From positions 32,001-96,000 of IMG/VR virus record IMGVR_UViG_3300044634_002329: a stretch of DNA of 64,000 bases, one strand, 5' to 3'. The stretch's first letter is position 1. The number at the start of each line of letters is the position of its first letter. The notes under the pieces were generated by a model. The model was not told the DNA's origin. It worked only from the letters and a program-made list of their open reading frames with translations, and made no database searches. A program made the translations under genes and the position numbers. The DNA is from a virus. Positions 39,085-51,700 of the stretch are shown here, piece by piece.

Positions 39085-42000
39085 TGAAGAAACATTTAGT
39101 TCTTTGGATCCACTTGGTCCTGAGTATGGAAACATTAATCAACCAACTTTAGATAATCAAGGTTTATCGGCATTTGAAGGAGAAAGAATAAGAGATAAAC
39201 AAATTAATTTTCCAACACCTCAAAGATTTACTCCTATAGCACCAGGATTAAATAATCTTGAATCACCTAATCAAAATGTTAGGAGAAATGTTGTAAACTC
39301 TGCACCAAATAAACCAGGTATAAATAAAAATAGTTCTCATCAAGATCTTGTTAATGGTATCAATGCTAAATTAAGAGCTAAGATTCAAACTAATCAAGAT
39401 AAGAATTCTTATGCTAAAATCTATTCATATGATGCCGGCCCAGATGCTAATGCATTCTATAAAAGATATCAAGCATATGGACAAGAAACATTTGATAAGA
39501 TTGGATTTTCTCCTTTAAGAGATAATGAAGCTTTATTTAATTCTCGTACAACAATGTGGGATGATCATGTTAGAATGATGAAACATTCATTCTGGCCTTT
39601 ATTTTCACAAGGTTTTACTGCAGGTCCAAAGAGTTTAATGAAAATGTTTAGTGGGGATTTTACTAGTTCAGATCTAGAAGAATCAAAAGCTTATGAAGAA
39701 GCAGCTGCTATAGGACAATCTAATAAAGGTGGTATAGGAGGGTTTACAAATAACCTTTTAATGAACTTTGCATACAGTGCAGGTATCATGACTGAAGCTG
39801 TAGTAGAAGAAGTAGCTGGTATATTATTGGCTCCAGAAACATTAGGTGCCAGTTTATTTTTAACAACAGCTAACAATTTAAGAAAAGTTGGTAAAATTGC
39901 TAAAGGTGTTGATAGAGCTATTGATGGTATGAAAGCTGTTAATACTACTTTAAAATCTGTAGATAATTTTTCTAGTGCTAAAAAGTTTTGGGAAAGTACA
40001 AAAGCATTATCATCATCTTCATTTAATCCATTAAAAAATACTTTGCAAGGATTTAAAGATGCTCAAGGTACATTAAAAATTGGTAGTGAAATAAACAACT
40101 TTACTAATCTAGGTAAAGCATATAAAACTGCAGGTGGGTTTTATAAAGATGTCCGTAATATAAATATGGCTTTATCTGAAGCTAGATTAGAAGCCGGGAC
40201 AGTTGAAAATAAAATTTATGATAATTTATATAATGAATATTATAAAGAACATGGTACTTCTCCTGATGATGCACAACAATATGAAATGATTAAACAAGCT
40301 AAGAAAGGAGCTGTTAATACTTTATATTGGAATACTGCATTAATCTATGGATCTAATACTATTACTTTTCCAAACATTGTAGGACCAAAAGGAGGTCTTA
40401 ACAACTTTATGAAAAATACAGTTAAAGAATTACAAACTGTAGAGGGTGGTAAGTTTGGCAAATTAGGTAGCATTGTATATGATAAAGCTAAAAAACAATT
40501 TGAATTTCAAGCTAATGACTTTAAAACCTATGTAAAAAACTGGGCTAAACAACCAGTATATAAATCTTTAAAAAGTACATTAGGATATACTAAAGCTAAT
40601 TTTACTGAGGGGGTACAAGAAAGCTTACAAGAGATTATCTCTGGAGCAAATGAAAGATACTATACAGATTCATTTAAAAGTCCTGTAATACAGTCTCACA
40701 CATATGCTAAAGGTATATCTCAATATAACTCTATGACACAAGGAGATTATATGATGGCTGAAGCTAAAAAACAAATGTCTTCACAAGGTCTTGAAACATT
40801 TGCATCAGGATTTTTTATGGGTACATTAGCTTCACCAATTAATAAATCATTTGACTTTTTATCAGTAGGTTATAACAGAATGTTTAAACCTGAAGTATTT
40901 CAACAATACAAAGCAGAAAAAGAAAAAATTGCTACAGATACTGTAAAAAAATTAAATGAAATTGATATGAAAGATTTCTTTGATACAAGGATGTTTAATT
41001 ATGGTGTACAAGATGCAGTTAGTTCTATTAAAAAAACTGGTACAACTAAAGAAGCACATGATGCTGATCATGATGGTTTTATGTCTCAAATGGACATGTT
41101 AATGAGAACTGGTACATTAGATGTATTTAAAGATAAACTAAAAGAAATGCAACAAATGTCTCCAGAAGAAGTTGAAGAAAATATTCCAACTATACCAAAA
41201 GAAGAAGCAAAGAAATACCAAGCTAGAATTGATGACACATTAACTAAAATTGATAGAATAGAAAAAAGAAGAGATTATTATAATCAAAAGTTTCCTAATC
41301 CTGTTGATATTGAAAATGTTGATGCTAGTAATGTTATGCAGTATGAAGATGATGTAGCATTACACTATGCATGGAATGATGCAATTAAACATGCTGTATA
41401 TTTCAATGAAACATTTGAAGATACTATGCAAAGAAAAAAAGATATTGTATCTAGGTATTTATCTAAAACCCCATTAAAAGGAATGAGTCAAATTGACTCA
41501 GAAGTTTTATTTGATGGTAATAAATTAAATAATGAAATAATGATGCTTACTGATGAAGTTGCAGCATTAAAAGATTTAGATGATCCTCAAAGTAAAAAAC
41601 AATTAAAAGAAAAATCTAAAAAACTTGAAGCATATGAAATTTTAAGTGATGCTAGTAATAACTTTAAAAATTTCTTTAATAGATATGATAATACTGAAAA
41701 ACTTAAAGCAAAGTTACAAAAAGAAAAAGGTGAAAAACCTGTAACAGATGAAGAATTAGAAAAAGCTCTTGATGAACAATATGGAGAATTTTCTGAAGAA
41801 AACATAGGATTATATTATGCTAACTATGCTAATGGATATAAGAAGTATTTAAAGATGATTTCTAATGATGATGATATGTTGTTTGATCAAGACATACAAG
41901 AATCATTTATATTATTAGCAGATCATCACAAACTAGATAAAGAATCTAGAAAATTAATGAGTTATGTAAATTTACTACATGACCCAAATGGTTTTATTCA

Positions 42001-45000
42001 ACAAGTTGAAAGAACTAAAGAATGGATGAAAGATCTTTATAGAAGAAGAGAAAGTTACTATAAAGAAATGGTTGACAGAGAACTTGATAATGTAGAGGAT
42101 AATACATTAATGAATGCTTTAGCTGATGTTGGTATTTATATGAGTGCAGAAGACTATGCTAATTATAGTGATAATGGAATACCACCAAAAGAATTTGTTG
42201 ACAATGTAAACAAGATGGTTTACAAAAGAGGTACTCAAAAGTATAATGAAATATACAATGAATACTTAGAAAAAAAAGATAGTTTAAAAGCAAGTAAAGT
42301 AAAAAAGAAAACCGGAACTAGTACATTAAAAGATACATTTAATAAAAAACTTGAAGAGATAAATAAAAAGGAACAAGAAGAATTAAATGCATTAGCTAAA
42401 TCTAAAACAAGAGCTGATGTAAAAACTTTTGAAACTAATAGTATTAATATTACAGATACTGAATTTATTAAATCTCAACTAGAACCAGAACAATATGTAG
42501 AATTAAAATACCCAGAGAATCCAAAACTTAATAAAATTTTCTTTTTGGATAAAGATGGTGTATTAAAATATGATGATGTTAATGGTGTACCAGTTGATGA
42601 ATTAGATGCAGATTTTACACAATCTGGTGCATATGAAGCTACGGTATTCAAATATACAGAAGCTGTAGATCCTGAACTTAAAAAAGAAATTCAAGATAAA
42701 TATCAAAAACAAAGAGATGAAATTCTTAAAGAGTATAATAAAGATATTACATATGAAGGAGAAGAAGGAGAATTTACACCTATTCCTGAAAATGTAACAG
42801 GAGATCAAATAAAAAAAGAGCATGCTAATTTTTATCAAAAAGAAATATTACCTCTGTTTAATGCTTATCTTGAAAAAACATATCCTGATATAAATGATAG
42901 ATTAAATATATTTGAAGAAGAAGAAAATGAAATATTAACTGAGTTTATTAAAACTCCTGATATTCAAGCTATTATTAAAGCTTACAATGTTAAAAATTCT
43001 CCAGTTGAAGATAAAGCAGATTATATTTTAGAATTTAAAGGAGTTAAAACTGATACTAGTAAAGCAAGTATTGATGATCTTAAAGCTTTAATTATTAAAA
43101 TTGAAAATGAAATAGAGAGTTTAAAAAATAATACTACTACAAATTTTTCTAAAAATATAATTGAACTAGAAACTGAGTTAACTAATTTAAGAGGAGTAAT
43201 AAAAGGTAGAGCACAAAAAAAATATACACCAGAACAAAAAGCAGCTATTGAAAATGTTAAAAGATTACAGGCATTAAATAAAAAATCTGTTGAGGCCGGT
43301 GTAGTATTAGAACAAGATGACACTGTTACTGGTTTAAAGAAAGGTGCTATAGCTTACAGAATCAATGGTAAGTTTCATAGACGTGTAAGTAATGTTGTAG
43401 ATAAACTTAAAAAAGAAGGTTATAATTATACATCTGAAAAAGATGTAAGAGATGCTTATGCTGAAACTATAGAAGTTGAAGGTTTAACTAATGATTCAGT
43501 TGATAAATTTATTGATGAATTAATTAAAAGAAATATTGCTGGTAGTGATGGTATATTTTTTGAAAAATTAAGATCAAGATTAAAATCAATGGTTGTTGAA
43601 CCTGTTGATGTACAAATTAAAAATTTACAAAAACAAATTGCAGAATTAAATACTAAAATAGCTGATGCAAAACTTAAAGATGAAACAGTTAAAGAACAAC
43701 AATATATAACAGCTAAAGAAAAAATTGCTGAAGAGATTATTGCACTTGAAATGAGTCAACCTAGTAATGATCAATCTGACATAGAAGCTAAAAAAGCTGA
43801 ATTAAAAAAACAAATTGAAGCTTTACCTGATGATATGATTTACGGTGCTCATGTCACTCAAGATCAAGTTGCTCAAGATATATTTAATAGTCAATTTGAA
43901 TATAGTTTAGGTACAGGTTTACAAGGAACAATAGGTTTAACTAGTAAAAAAGGTCTTTTAACTTTAATGAATAATTTATTAGATGGAAATTCACCACATA
44001 GAAATCAATTTGGAGTATTTATTACAGCTTGGCCTAAATCTGAGTTTGGAGAAACAACAATAAATAATAAAGTTGATTTGGATAAAATTGAATCTGACAT
44101 GTTAGATAATTATCCAGAAATGAGTGAAGGTAAAATCCCAACTAAATTTAATTTCGGCTATTTTAAAAATGGTAAATTATTTACTAATAATGATAAAACA
44201 GTCACAGAAGAACCAGTAACACCAGGTCAAAATAAAACTAATCATGATGATATAGTTAAAATGCTAGATTCTAACTTAAAAGTAAAAGGTGTTATTAATC
44301 AAGTAGAGGGTAGTACTGGAGTATCAATGTCATTAGACTATTGGGATAAAAATAAAAAAGTAATTTTTTATAATCATGACCGTACTGTCACACCAGAAGA
44401 TTATGGTAAAGAAGTTGAATTAAGACTAATTCCTGTTTATCAAACAGAAGATGGTAAAGTTTTTAATAATGCAATTGAAGTATGGCAAGGTGATAGATTT
44501 TTAGGATTAGTTGCAGAAACTGATTATGTCACACCTAAAGAAGAAAAAAATCTTGTTGAAGATGTATTAGAATTGATTTCTGAAAATACTTATGCAGATA
44601 GTAGAACTGCAGGTAACTATATAGACAAAGCTGTAAAAGATTTATTTAGTAAAGGTATCCAACCAAAATTTGTTGAAGGAGCTATTACAAGAGAAGCTTA
44701 TGACTCTTTGTTTGGACCTGATGGATATCTTACAGAATTAAAAAATCAAGCTGATAACGGTGATATATTTATTGCTAGTGACAATTTAGTAGTATGGGAT
44801 TCTGATATTATTTTACCAAATAAGGCTAAAGATAGAATAGCCGGAGAAATAGATTTACTTATTGTAGATAAAGATGGTACTACTAGAATTGTAGATATTA
44901 AAACAGGTGAACAAAGAACTTGGAACATATTTAATTCTACTCAAACAAAAGAAAATACACCAGTATTTGCTAAAAGAGAATCTTTTACATTACAACAAGC

Positions 45001-45766
45001 AGCATATAGTAGATTATATGAAAACATGTTTGGAGTAACTCCAACTATACATATTTTCCCAATTGAAAGAGAATCTAATAAAGATACTGAACAAGTTTTA
45101 ACAGCAGGTAAACCAAGCAACCCTACTTTGTTTAATAATATTCAATATGAAATAGATCCAGAAACCGGAAATTTTGTACTAGATGCTTTTGGTAATCCTA
45201 AATTTACTATATTAGATAAAGGAGTAAATTCAAATAAATTTATACCTTTGTATATAGAGACAGTTCAAGATAGAATTAACTCTGTAATACCATTAAAAGC
45301 AGTGGCAACGGCTACTGAAAATGTAGTTGAGACTCCTGAAACTAATGAAGAAGAAGAAACACCTACAAAAAAGAAGAAGTCTAATTTTGTTAATGATAAT
45401 CAAAATGATCCATATACTGTAGGAACTATGGTATATGATGCAGATGGTAATTCATATCAAATAACAAGAAGATTTAAAAATGGTAATGTGACTATTATAG
45501 GTTCAGATAAAACAAAGATTAAAATGACTATGAAAGAACTTGAAGAAAACTATAAACTTGAAAATGAAGTTTATAATCCAACATCACCTACAGGAGAATA
45601 CAATCTTACTCCTGAAGAAGATGAAACTCTTAAAAAATCACAAAACACTGTTAATGAATTTATTGATAGTGACACATTAGAAAATAAAGCATTTGAAGAA
45701 GCTTTAACAGCTAATGAATCTGACATTAAAAATAGTCTATTTAATAAAATTATAAATTGTCAATAA
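39071..45766 (+). CDS. giant ejection protein with membrane-like segments and a C-terminal PD-(D/E)XK nuclease domain
   Basis: Gly/Ala-rich hydrophobic segments, EGVQESLQE motif; IAGEIDLL...IVDIKTG...QQAAY nuclease motif (about 44840-45010). Confidence 0.7.
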   Translation: MATTNEETFSSLDPLGPEYGNINQPTLDNQGLSAFEGERIRDKQINFPTPQRFTPIAPGLNNLESPNQNVRRNVVNSAPNKPGINKNSSHQDLVNGINAKLRAKIQTNQDKNSYAKIYSYDAGPDANAFYKRYQAYGQETFDKIGFSPLRDNEALFNSRTTMWDDHVRMMKHSFWPLFSQGFTAGPKSLMKMFSGDFTSSDLEESKAYEEAAAIGQSNKGGIGGFTNNLLMNFAYSAGIMTEAVVEEVAGILLAPETLGASLFLTTANNLRKVGKIAKGVDRAIDGMKAVNTTLKSVDNFSSAKKFWESTKALSSSSFNPLKNTLQGFKDAQGTLKIGSEINNFTNLGKAYKTAGGFYKDVRNINMALSEARLEAGTVENKIYDNLYNEYYKEHGTSPDDAQQYEMIKQAKKGAVNTLYWNTALIYGSNTITFPNIVGPKGGLNNFMKNTVKELQTVEGGKFGKLGSIVYDKAKKQFEFQANDFKTYVKNWAKQPVYKSLKSTLGYTKANFTEGVQESLQEIISGANERYYTDSFKSPVIQSHTYAKGISQYNSMTQGDYMMAEAKKQMSSQGLETFASGFFMGTLASPINKSFDFLSVGYNRMFKPEVFQQYKAEKEKIATDTVKKLNEIDMKDFFDTRMFNYGVQDAVSSIKKTGTTKEAHDADHDGFMSQMDMLMRTGTLDVFKDKLKEMQQMSPEEVEENIPTIPKEEAKKYQARIDDTLTKIDRIEKRRDYYNQKFPNPVDIENVDASNVMQYEDDVALHYAWNDAIKHAVYFNETFEDTMQRKKDIVSRYLSKTPLKGMSQIDSEVLFDGNKLNNEIMMLTDEVAALKDLDDPQSKKQLKEKSKKLEAYEILSDASNNFKNFFNRYDNTEKLKAKLQKEKGEKPVTDEELEKALDEQYGEFSEENIGLYYANYANGYKKYLKMISNDDDMLFDQDIQESFILLADHHKLDKESRKLMSYVNLLHDPNGFIQQVERTKEWMKDLYRRRESYYKEMVDRELDNVEDNTLMNALADVGIYMSAEDYANYSDNGIPPKEFVDNVNKMVYKRGTQKYNEIYNEYLEKKDSLKASKVKKKTGTSTLKDTFNKKLEEINKKEQEELNALAKSKTRADVKTFETNSINITDTEFIKSQLEPEQYVELKYPENPKLNKIFFLDKDGVLKYDDVNGVPVDELDADFTQSGAYEATVFKYTEAVDPELKKEIQDKYQKQRDEILKEYNKDITYEGEEGEFTPIPENVTGDQIKKEHANFYQKEILPLFNAYLEKTYPDINDRLNIFEEEENEILTEFIKTPDIQAIIKAYNVKNSPVEDKADYILEFKGVKTDTSKASIDDLKALIIKIENEIESLKNNTTTNFSKNIIELETELTNLRGVIKGRAQKKYTPEQKAAIENVKRLQALNKKSVEAGVVLEQDDTVTGLKKGAIAYRINGKFHRRVSNVVDKLKKEGYNYTSEKDVRDAYAETIEVEGLTNDSVDKFIDELIKRNIAGSDGIFFEKLRSRLKSMVVEPVDVQIKNLQKQIAELNTKIADAKLKDETVKEQQYITAKEKIAEEIIALEMSQPSNDQSDIEAKKAELKKQIEALPDDMIYGAHVTQDQVAQDIFNSQFEYSLGTGLQGTIGLTSKKGLLTLMNNLLDGNSPHRNQFGVFITAWPKSEFGETTINNKVDLDKIESDMLDNYPEMSEGKIPTKFNFGYFKNGKLFTNNDKTVTEEPVTPGQNKTNHDDIVKMLDSNLKVKGVINQVEGSTGVSMSLDYWDKNKKVIFYNHDRTVTPEDYGKEVELRLIPVYQTEDGKVFNNAIEVWQGDRFLGLVAETDYVTPKEEKNLVEDVLELISENTYADSRTAGNYIDKAVKDLFSKGIQPKFVEGAITREAYDSLFGPDGYLTELKNQADNGDIFIASDNLVVWDSDIILPNKAKDRIAGEIDLLIVDKDGTTRIVDIKTGEQRTWNIFNSTQTKENTPVFAKRESFTLQQAAYSRLYENMFGVTPTIHIFPIERESNKDTEQVLTAGKPSNPTLFNNIQYEIDPETGNFVLDAFGNPKFTILDKGVNSNKFIPLYIETVQDRINSVIPLKAVATATENVVETPETNEEEETPTKKKKSNFVNDNQNDPYTVGTMVYDADGNSYQITRRFKNGNVTIIGSDKTKIKMTMKELEENYKLENEVYNPTSPTGEYNLTPEEDETLKKSQNTVNEFIDSDTLENKAFEEALTANESDIKNSLFNKIINCQ

Positions 45767-48700
45767 TGATAACTTGTCCTATTAATGATCCAGAAATTGT
45801 AAGTTTATTATATAAACTTATTGTAATTAAATTAAATAATTTTTCAAGTAATGAAACATTTGATCATGAAGCTTTTTTAAAAGAATTATATGATGAAATA
45901 GCTGATAAAACTTCACCAGAAGTAGCAGCTAAATATTTACAGTCTGTACCAAGGTTACTTAGTTTAGCTGCTATTAAAAGGTTTGAAAATATTGATATTG
46001 ATACAACTGCATTAAATAAATTAAGTAGAAAATTTAAATCAGAAACTGGTATTGCTGAGATCATTCAAACATATTCTACTGATTCTGATGAAGAGTTACG
46101 TAGAAAAATTAAGGAAAAAGAAGATGCAGAAAATAAAATACCTGTTGAATCAACTAGTGATCAACCTGTAATATTATTACCAACTAGATTTAAAGCAGCT
46201 TCTGCAGCTTCTGGAACTTTACAACAATTTGTAAAAGTTGACCCTAAGAAAAAAGGTCAGCATGATGAAGTAATTATTGAGACTATTGATCCTGAATTAG
46301 AAACAACAATAAATGTTACTAATAAAATAAATGACTTACAAAATACTACACTACCAGGTGAAGAACTTAAATATCAAGGTAAAACATTAAGATTAAAAGT
46401 ACAAGATGTTGTTGGTTTTAGAAAAGAATATTCTGATAAATTAAGAAAAAATGATGAAGAAAGTTTAAAAAGAAGTTCTGCTATTCTTGCACAAGGTAGT
46501 AAACTAGGAGATGTTATACCTATAAATGCACAAAGTTTATTAGTAATTACTGATGATAATGGTAATTTCTTATACTTTGATAAAGACGGTAACATTACTG
46601 ATGAAGCTAATGGTAATATTGTATATCAATTTTTAAGACCTGTAAGAAAAGACGGTAAAGAATATACTGTTACTAATGTATATACAACTGAAAGTAGTGT
46701 TGCAACTCCAGAACAAATTGCTCAACAAACATATGATCAAAATTCAGATATTGATTATGATGCATATGTAAAAGCAATAAAACAACAACAACAAGAAGAA
46801 TTTAAAGCTCTTTATGGCATACAAGAACAAATTAAGTCAGGAGATAAAACAAGTATATTACTCCCTATTACTGGAGTATCATCTGGTGTACCAAGTAATT
46901 TATCAAGTACTATCATTTATTTAAATGAATTATCAAAATTTCCAGGACTTGATATAGCATCAATATTAACTAGTATTAATGTTATAACATCTGATACAGC
47001 TAGTTTTAAAAAAGGTCAAACAACTGTACGTATTAATGGTGGTGAATTTAAGATTAATAATCCTAGAATGAATGAGGAATTAATGTCTGAAATTGCCGCT
47101 ATGCTAATGGATCCAAACCCTCCTGCATCATTAAAACAAATATATCTTAATCAATTTATTGATACAACAAAAGATACAACACGTAGAATTCAATTTAATT
47201 CTATTGACAATACAATTGAATTATATAAAAAAACATCTACTAAAAATTCTTCAGGAACTTATACATTTGGTAAAGTAATTAACCGTACTATTGATTTAGA
47301 AAAACTTAAAAATAATGGATATACTGAACAAGAACGTCAAGATCTTGAAAAAGATATATTACAATATTTAAGAGAAGGTTTTAAAAATGGACCTACATTA
47401 ATTAATATCAACAGTAGTTTAATTAAAAATCAAAAAGAATTTATTAGATATAATAGAGATACTAAAGAACCATACTCAGGTGACTATTTAGAATTTATAT
47501 CTTCTTTTCCTGCAGAAATTAATTTGATTAATGCAGATCCAGGTATTTATAATAGATCAATAGAGTTTGCATTTCCAGGAAGTTTTATTGATGACTTACA
47601 AAAAGCTGATAAAAATTTAAATAATACAGAAGGAGAAAACTTAAGCTTTGAAGAAATTCTTAAAAGAAAAGAAGAAGAGGACAATAGAAATCCTGTTAAA
47701 GTAGAAGCACGTGATATTATTGCTAATTCAAAATCTGAAGAATTTTTAAATAAAGTTAAAAACTATCCAGGTAATACTAATATTAATCCAACAGATAATT
47801 TTCTACTTGTTGCATACTTTAAAGCAGCTATTAAAGAAAAAAACTATACAAAAGAATTTGCTAATAGTATTAAGAATGAAATTCAAAGTCTTTTACCATT
47901 AAATCCTTTAAGTGTAGAACAAGTTAAAATGATTGAAGATGAGATTGATGCTATTAAAGAAGTACCAAGTCCTTCTCAAACTCAAGCAGAAATCAAAGAT
48001 CAGGTAGAAGTACCGGGTGCTCCTGATCCGATAAATAATGCTACTACTAATGGGATGTTTACTGATAATGATATAGATGATGATATCTTTAAAGGTTTAT
48101 TCAGAAGAGGTTCTAAAGATGAAAAGATAGCTAGAGAAAAAGTTATTGCAGCTAGAACATGGTGGAATAGTCCTGAGTTAGCTCCTTTAAGAAAAGTTAT
48201 TAGTCTTGAACATGTAGCTAACTTAGTTAACTCTGATGTATATGCTTCTTTTATTACTAATGCTAGTAAAATAGCAAACCCTGATGGGACACTTGGTAAG
48301 ATTACTGCTAATACAGCAAAAGGATCTGTATTTCAAAACTTAACTATTTACCATGAAGCATGGCACGGATTCTCTCAATTGTTTTTAAGTAAACAAGATA
48401 AAATTGATTTGTATGAAGAGTTAAGAAATTATACCACACCTAAAGGTGCAACTCCTTATGCTACTAAATCTTATTTGGAACTAGAGGAAATGTTAGCAGA
48501 AGACTTTAGAAACTATGTTAAAACCGGTAAAGCTAAAGCATCTTCTCCTAAAAGAAATACTTTGTTTAGAAGAATGGTGGAGTTCTTAAAACAATTATTT
48601 GGTAAAGGATTAAAAAAATTCAATAACAAAGATGTTCTTATTAATAGCCTTAATTCACCAATGGCTAAAGAATTATTTGACAAACTTTATATTGGAGATA

Positions 48701-51700
48701 TTAATAAATATACACCTTTAATTGATAACTCTATGTTCTACTCATTAGATAGAGGAGTACCTAGTGTCAATAATAAAAGAAATGTTGTATTAAGTAAACA
48801 AGATTCAACACTTGCTGTATCTTCTATAGATGGTATTTTTAGTCAAATTTTAAATACTATTAATGAAAAAGCTAGAGTTGCAGGTAAGTCAGGAGCTAAA
48901 GGAGCTAATATTGCTGTATTTTTAGAACCATCAAGAAGAGCTGCATTATATGTTCAAGCTAAAAAAGAATTAGAATCTAAATTAAAAATAGAAAAAGATA
49001 AATTAGCTAAAGTAGAAGGTATTGTAAACTTTAGTACATTAACAACACTACAAGAAATTAAAGATAATGCAGCTGGTGTATTTGTAAACTCAGAAGGTAA
49101 GAACAAATTTATATTTTTAAAATCTCAAATTGATGATTTTACAATATTAGAACCTTCATTAAAAGCTAATGGTGATAGAGTTAAAGGAGAAAAATACCAC
49201 GGGATTAAAATTGTATCAGACTTTTACAAACATAAAACCATTTTAAATGGTAAAGTTCCTGCTGATATTATGGTTGTAACTTCAATGGCACAAGCTGAAG
49301 AACAATTAAAAAATTATATTGATGGTAACTCAAAAGCTTATACTAAAGTAATTGATAATAAATTAGAAAATCCAGTATTATTAACAGAAGATCAAGAATT
49401 TATTCAAGACAATATTAGAATTCTACAAACTATGCTTGACAATTACGGAGATGAAAACTCTGGATTGGTTAAGTATCATATGGAGAATAGTGACTTTGAA
49501 ATATCTAAAACTAAATATGAGTTAGATGTTATTGATGAAAACAATGATGAAGCTATTAGTGAAAATGATTTAGAAAATTCAGGAAGAGATATAGAAACAT
49601 TTAATGATGTAAAAAAACATAAACAGTCTTTACTTCAAACGATGAGTAAAGAAACTACTATGTTACTTAAAAGTCTTATTAAAACAGATGGTAATAATGT
49701 TGTTAAAAACAGATTAGGATTTCCTGAAAGAGTTGATTTTATTAAAGTATTTAATATTGTAGCTAAAACTATTGGTGGAGTAAGAGATAGAGAACTGGCT
49801 TATAATTTATTAAAAGCTGAAGCTTCAAAGTTTCCTGAAATTCAACAGTTAATTGATTTTAAATATCCAGATCCTAATACTAAAAATTCATATGAATTTG
49901 ATATTAGTAGACAATTTTTACAAGATTTTGGAAAACCAAAAGTTACTTATAAAATTGTATTAGCTGTACCAGATGAAGAATCAGGTACAATTGATTTTAA
50001 ATTAGCAGAAGCATCTTTAGCAATTAGTAATATTACAGGTAGATGGCAAACAGAATTTGTTAGTGCATCACCTAGTAGATATATTAAGAAAACTCCAGAT
50101 AATGAATCTGAACTTAATTTACAAAATATACTTACTGACTTTAGTAAAAAAGATGAATTAGTTATAAGTAAAGCATTTGACTTTGCTAAAGCTATAGGTA
50201 TTAATCTAACTGTAAATGATAATATCAAATCTGATTTTGATTCTAAATTAGAATACTATGGTATTCCGTTTATGTTTAATATAGTTAAAGACTTTGCTCA
50301 AATAGAACAAGATTTAAACAATCCGGCTACTGCTGCATCTGTGTCATCTGCACAAAAAACATTTCTTAATAAATTTAAAGCTAACCCTATTGAAGTTTTA
50401 AGAACAGCAGTTCCTATAAATATTTTAACTACCTTTCCTAAAGGTATTAATGAGAATACTCAAATCACTAGATTAGCTGAATTACAAGCTAAATACGGAT
50501 ATGACTCAGCAACAACAGGTGTAATTACTGCAGATGGTAATACAGCTTATGAAGATGTTAATTACAGTTTTATGACAGGATTTGTAGATGCTGTTAACTC
50601 TGTATCTAACATAAGAGATTTATGGACTAAGAATGAATATAGCCACATGGCTTATTTAAATCCTAATACTAATACATTTACTAAGAACTTAAGAATATTA
50701 AATGAAATATTTGATATGCATACTGGTGCAAAAAAACCAGGTAAGTCTCTTCAGTTAATGAATGTAAATGGTACTAGTCAAATTACAGAAGATGAAAATG
50801 GTAACTCAAATACTGAAGGTACTGTTACAGCTGACTTAGATCCAATAGGAAAAGGATTACAAGAATTACATTCTATGTTAGGAGGAGGTGTCTCTGAGTT
50901 TAATAGAATGTCTGAAAAGAAAAATGCATATGGTCTTAAAGTAGTAGGAGGTATTGTTGGTAAAACAGATCCTATTAGTTATGCTACCAAAGGAGCAGAT
51001 ACAGACTTATATGTAGATGTAATCCAATTTGCTAATAATGGTAATGGAGAAATCTATGCTATTAATAATCATTTCCTTGGTTATATCCAATCTGAATTTG
51101 ACAGAATAGTTAAATTCAAAGGTAACAGACGTGAAGAGTATTTAAACTTTACAGGATTTAATAACAAAGTAAATGATGTAAACGGTGTTGAAAAATATGC
51201 AGGTGAAGTATTTAATGACTTTGATGATATCCTATCAAAAGATACACAAAATCAATTATATGCTCTTGCTGATCAATATGCAAATAGTAATGAAGTTAAT
51301 ATACCTTTAGTACAATATTTAAAAACTAATTCTAAGTTATTAAAAGATATTCAAACAGATATTACTAATTACTTTGATACTGTTACAGAAAAATATAAAA
51401 CACTTTACTTTGATAAATTACCTTATATATCTAAGTCAATACTAGTAAAAGCAGGAGTACCTAAAGAAAAACTACTAACTAGAAAACAAGTTGAAGAAGC
51501 TCAAGAAGATCCTAAAAATATTCAGACAGTTCTTAAAGCATTTATGTATAATGACTGGATTCATAGATTTGAGGTCTCCTCTTTAATGTTTGGAGATAGA
51601 GCACAATGGAATCATGGTAAAGAAGAACAACCTAAACGTATTCCAGGAGCACAATCTGATGGTATAGGATTTCTATATGATCAATCTTCAAGAGATTTTA

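Noticed and set aside
12895-45765. Track start sites at 12895, 19638 and 45757
   Set aside because: Non-ATG starts overlapping upstream genes; ATGs at 12919, 19755 and 45766 fit spacing and coupling better
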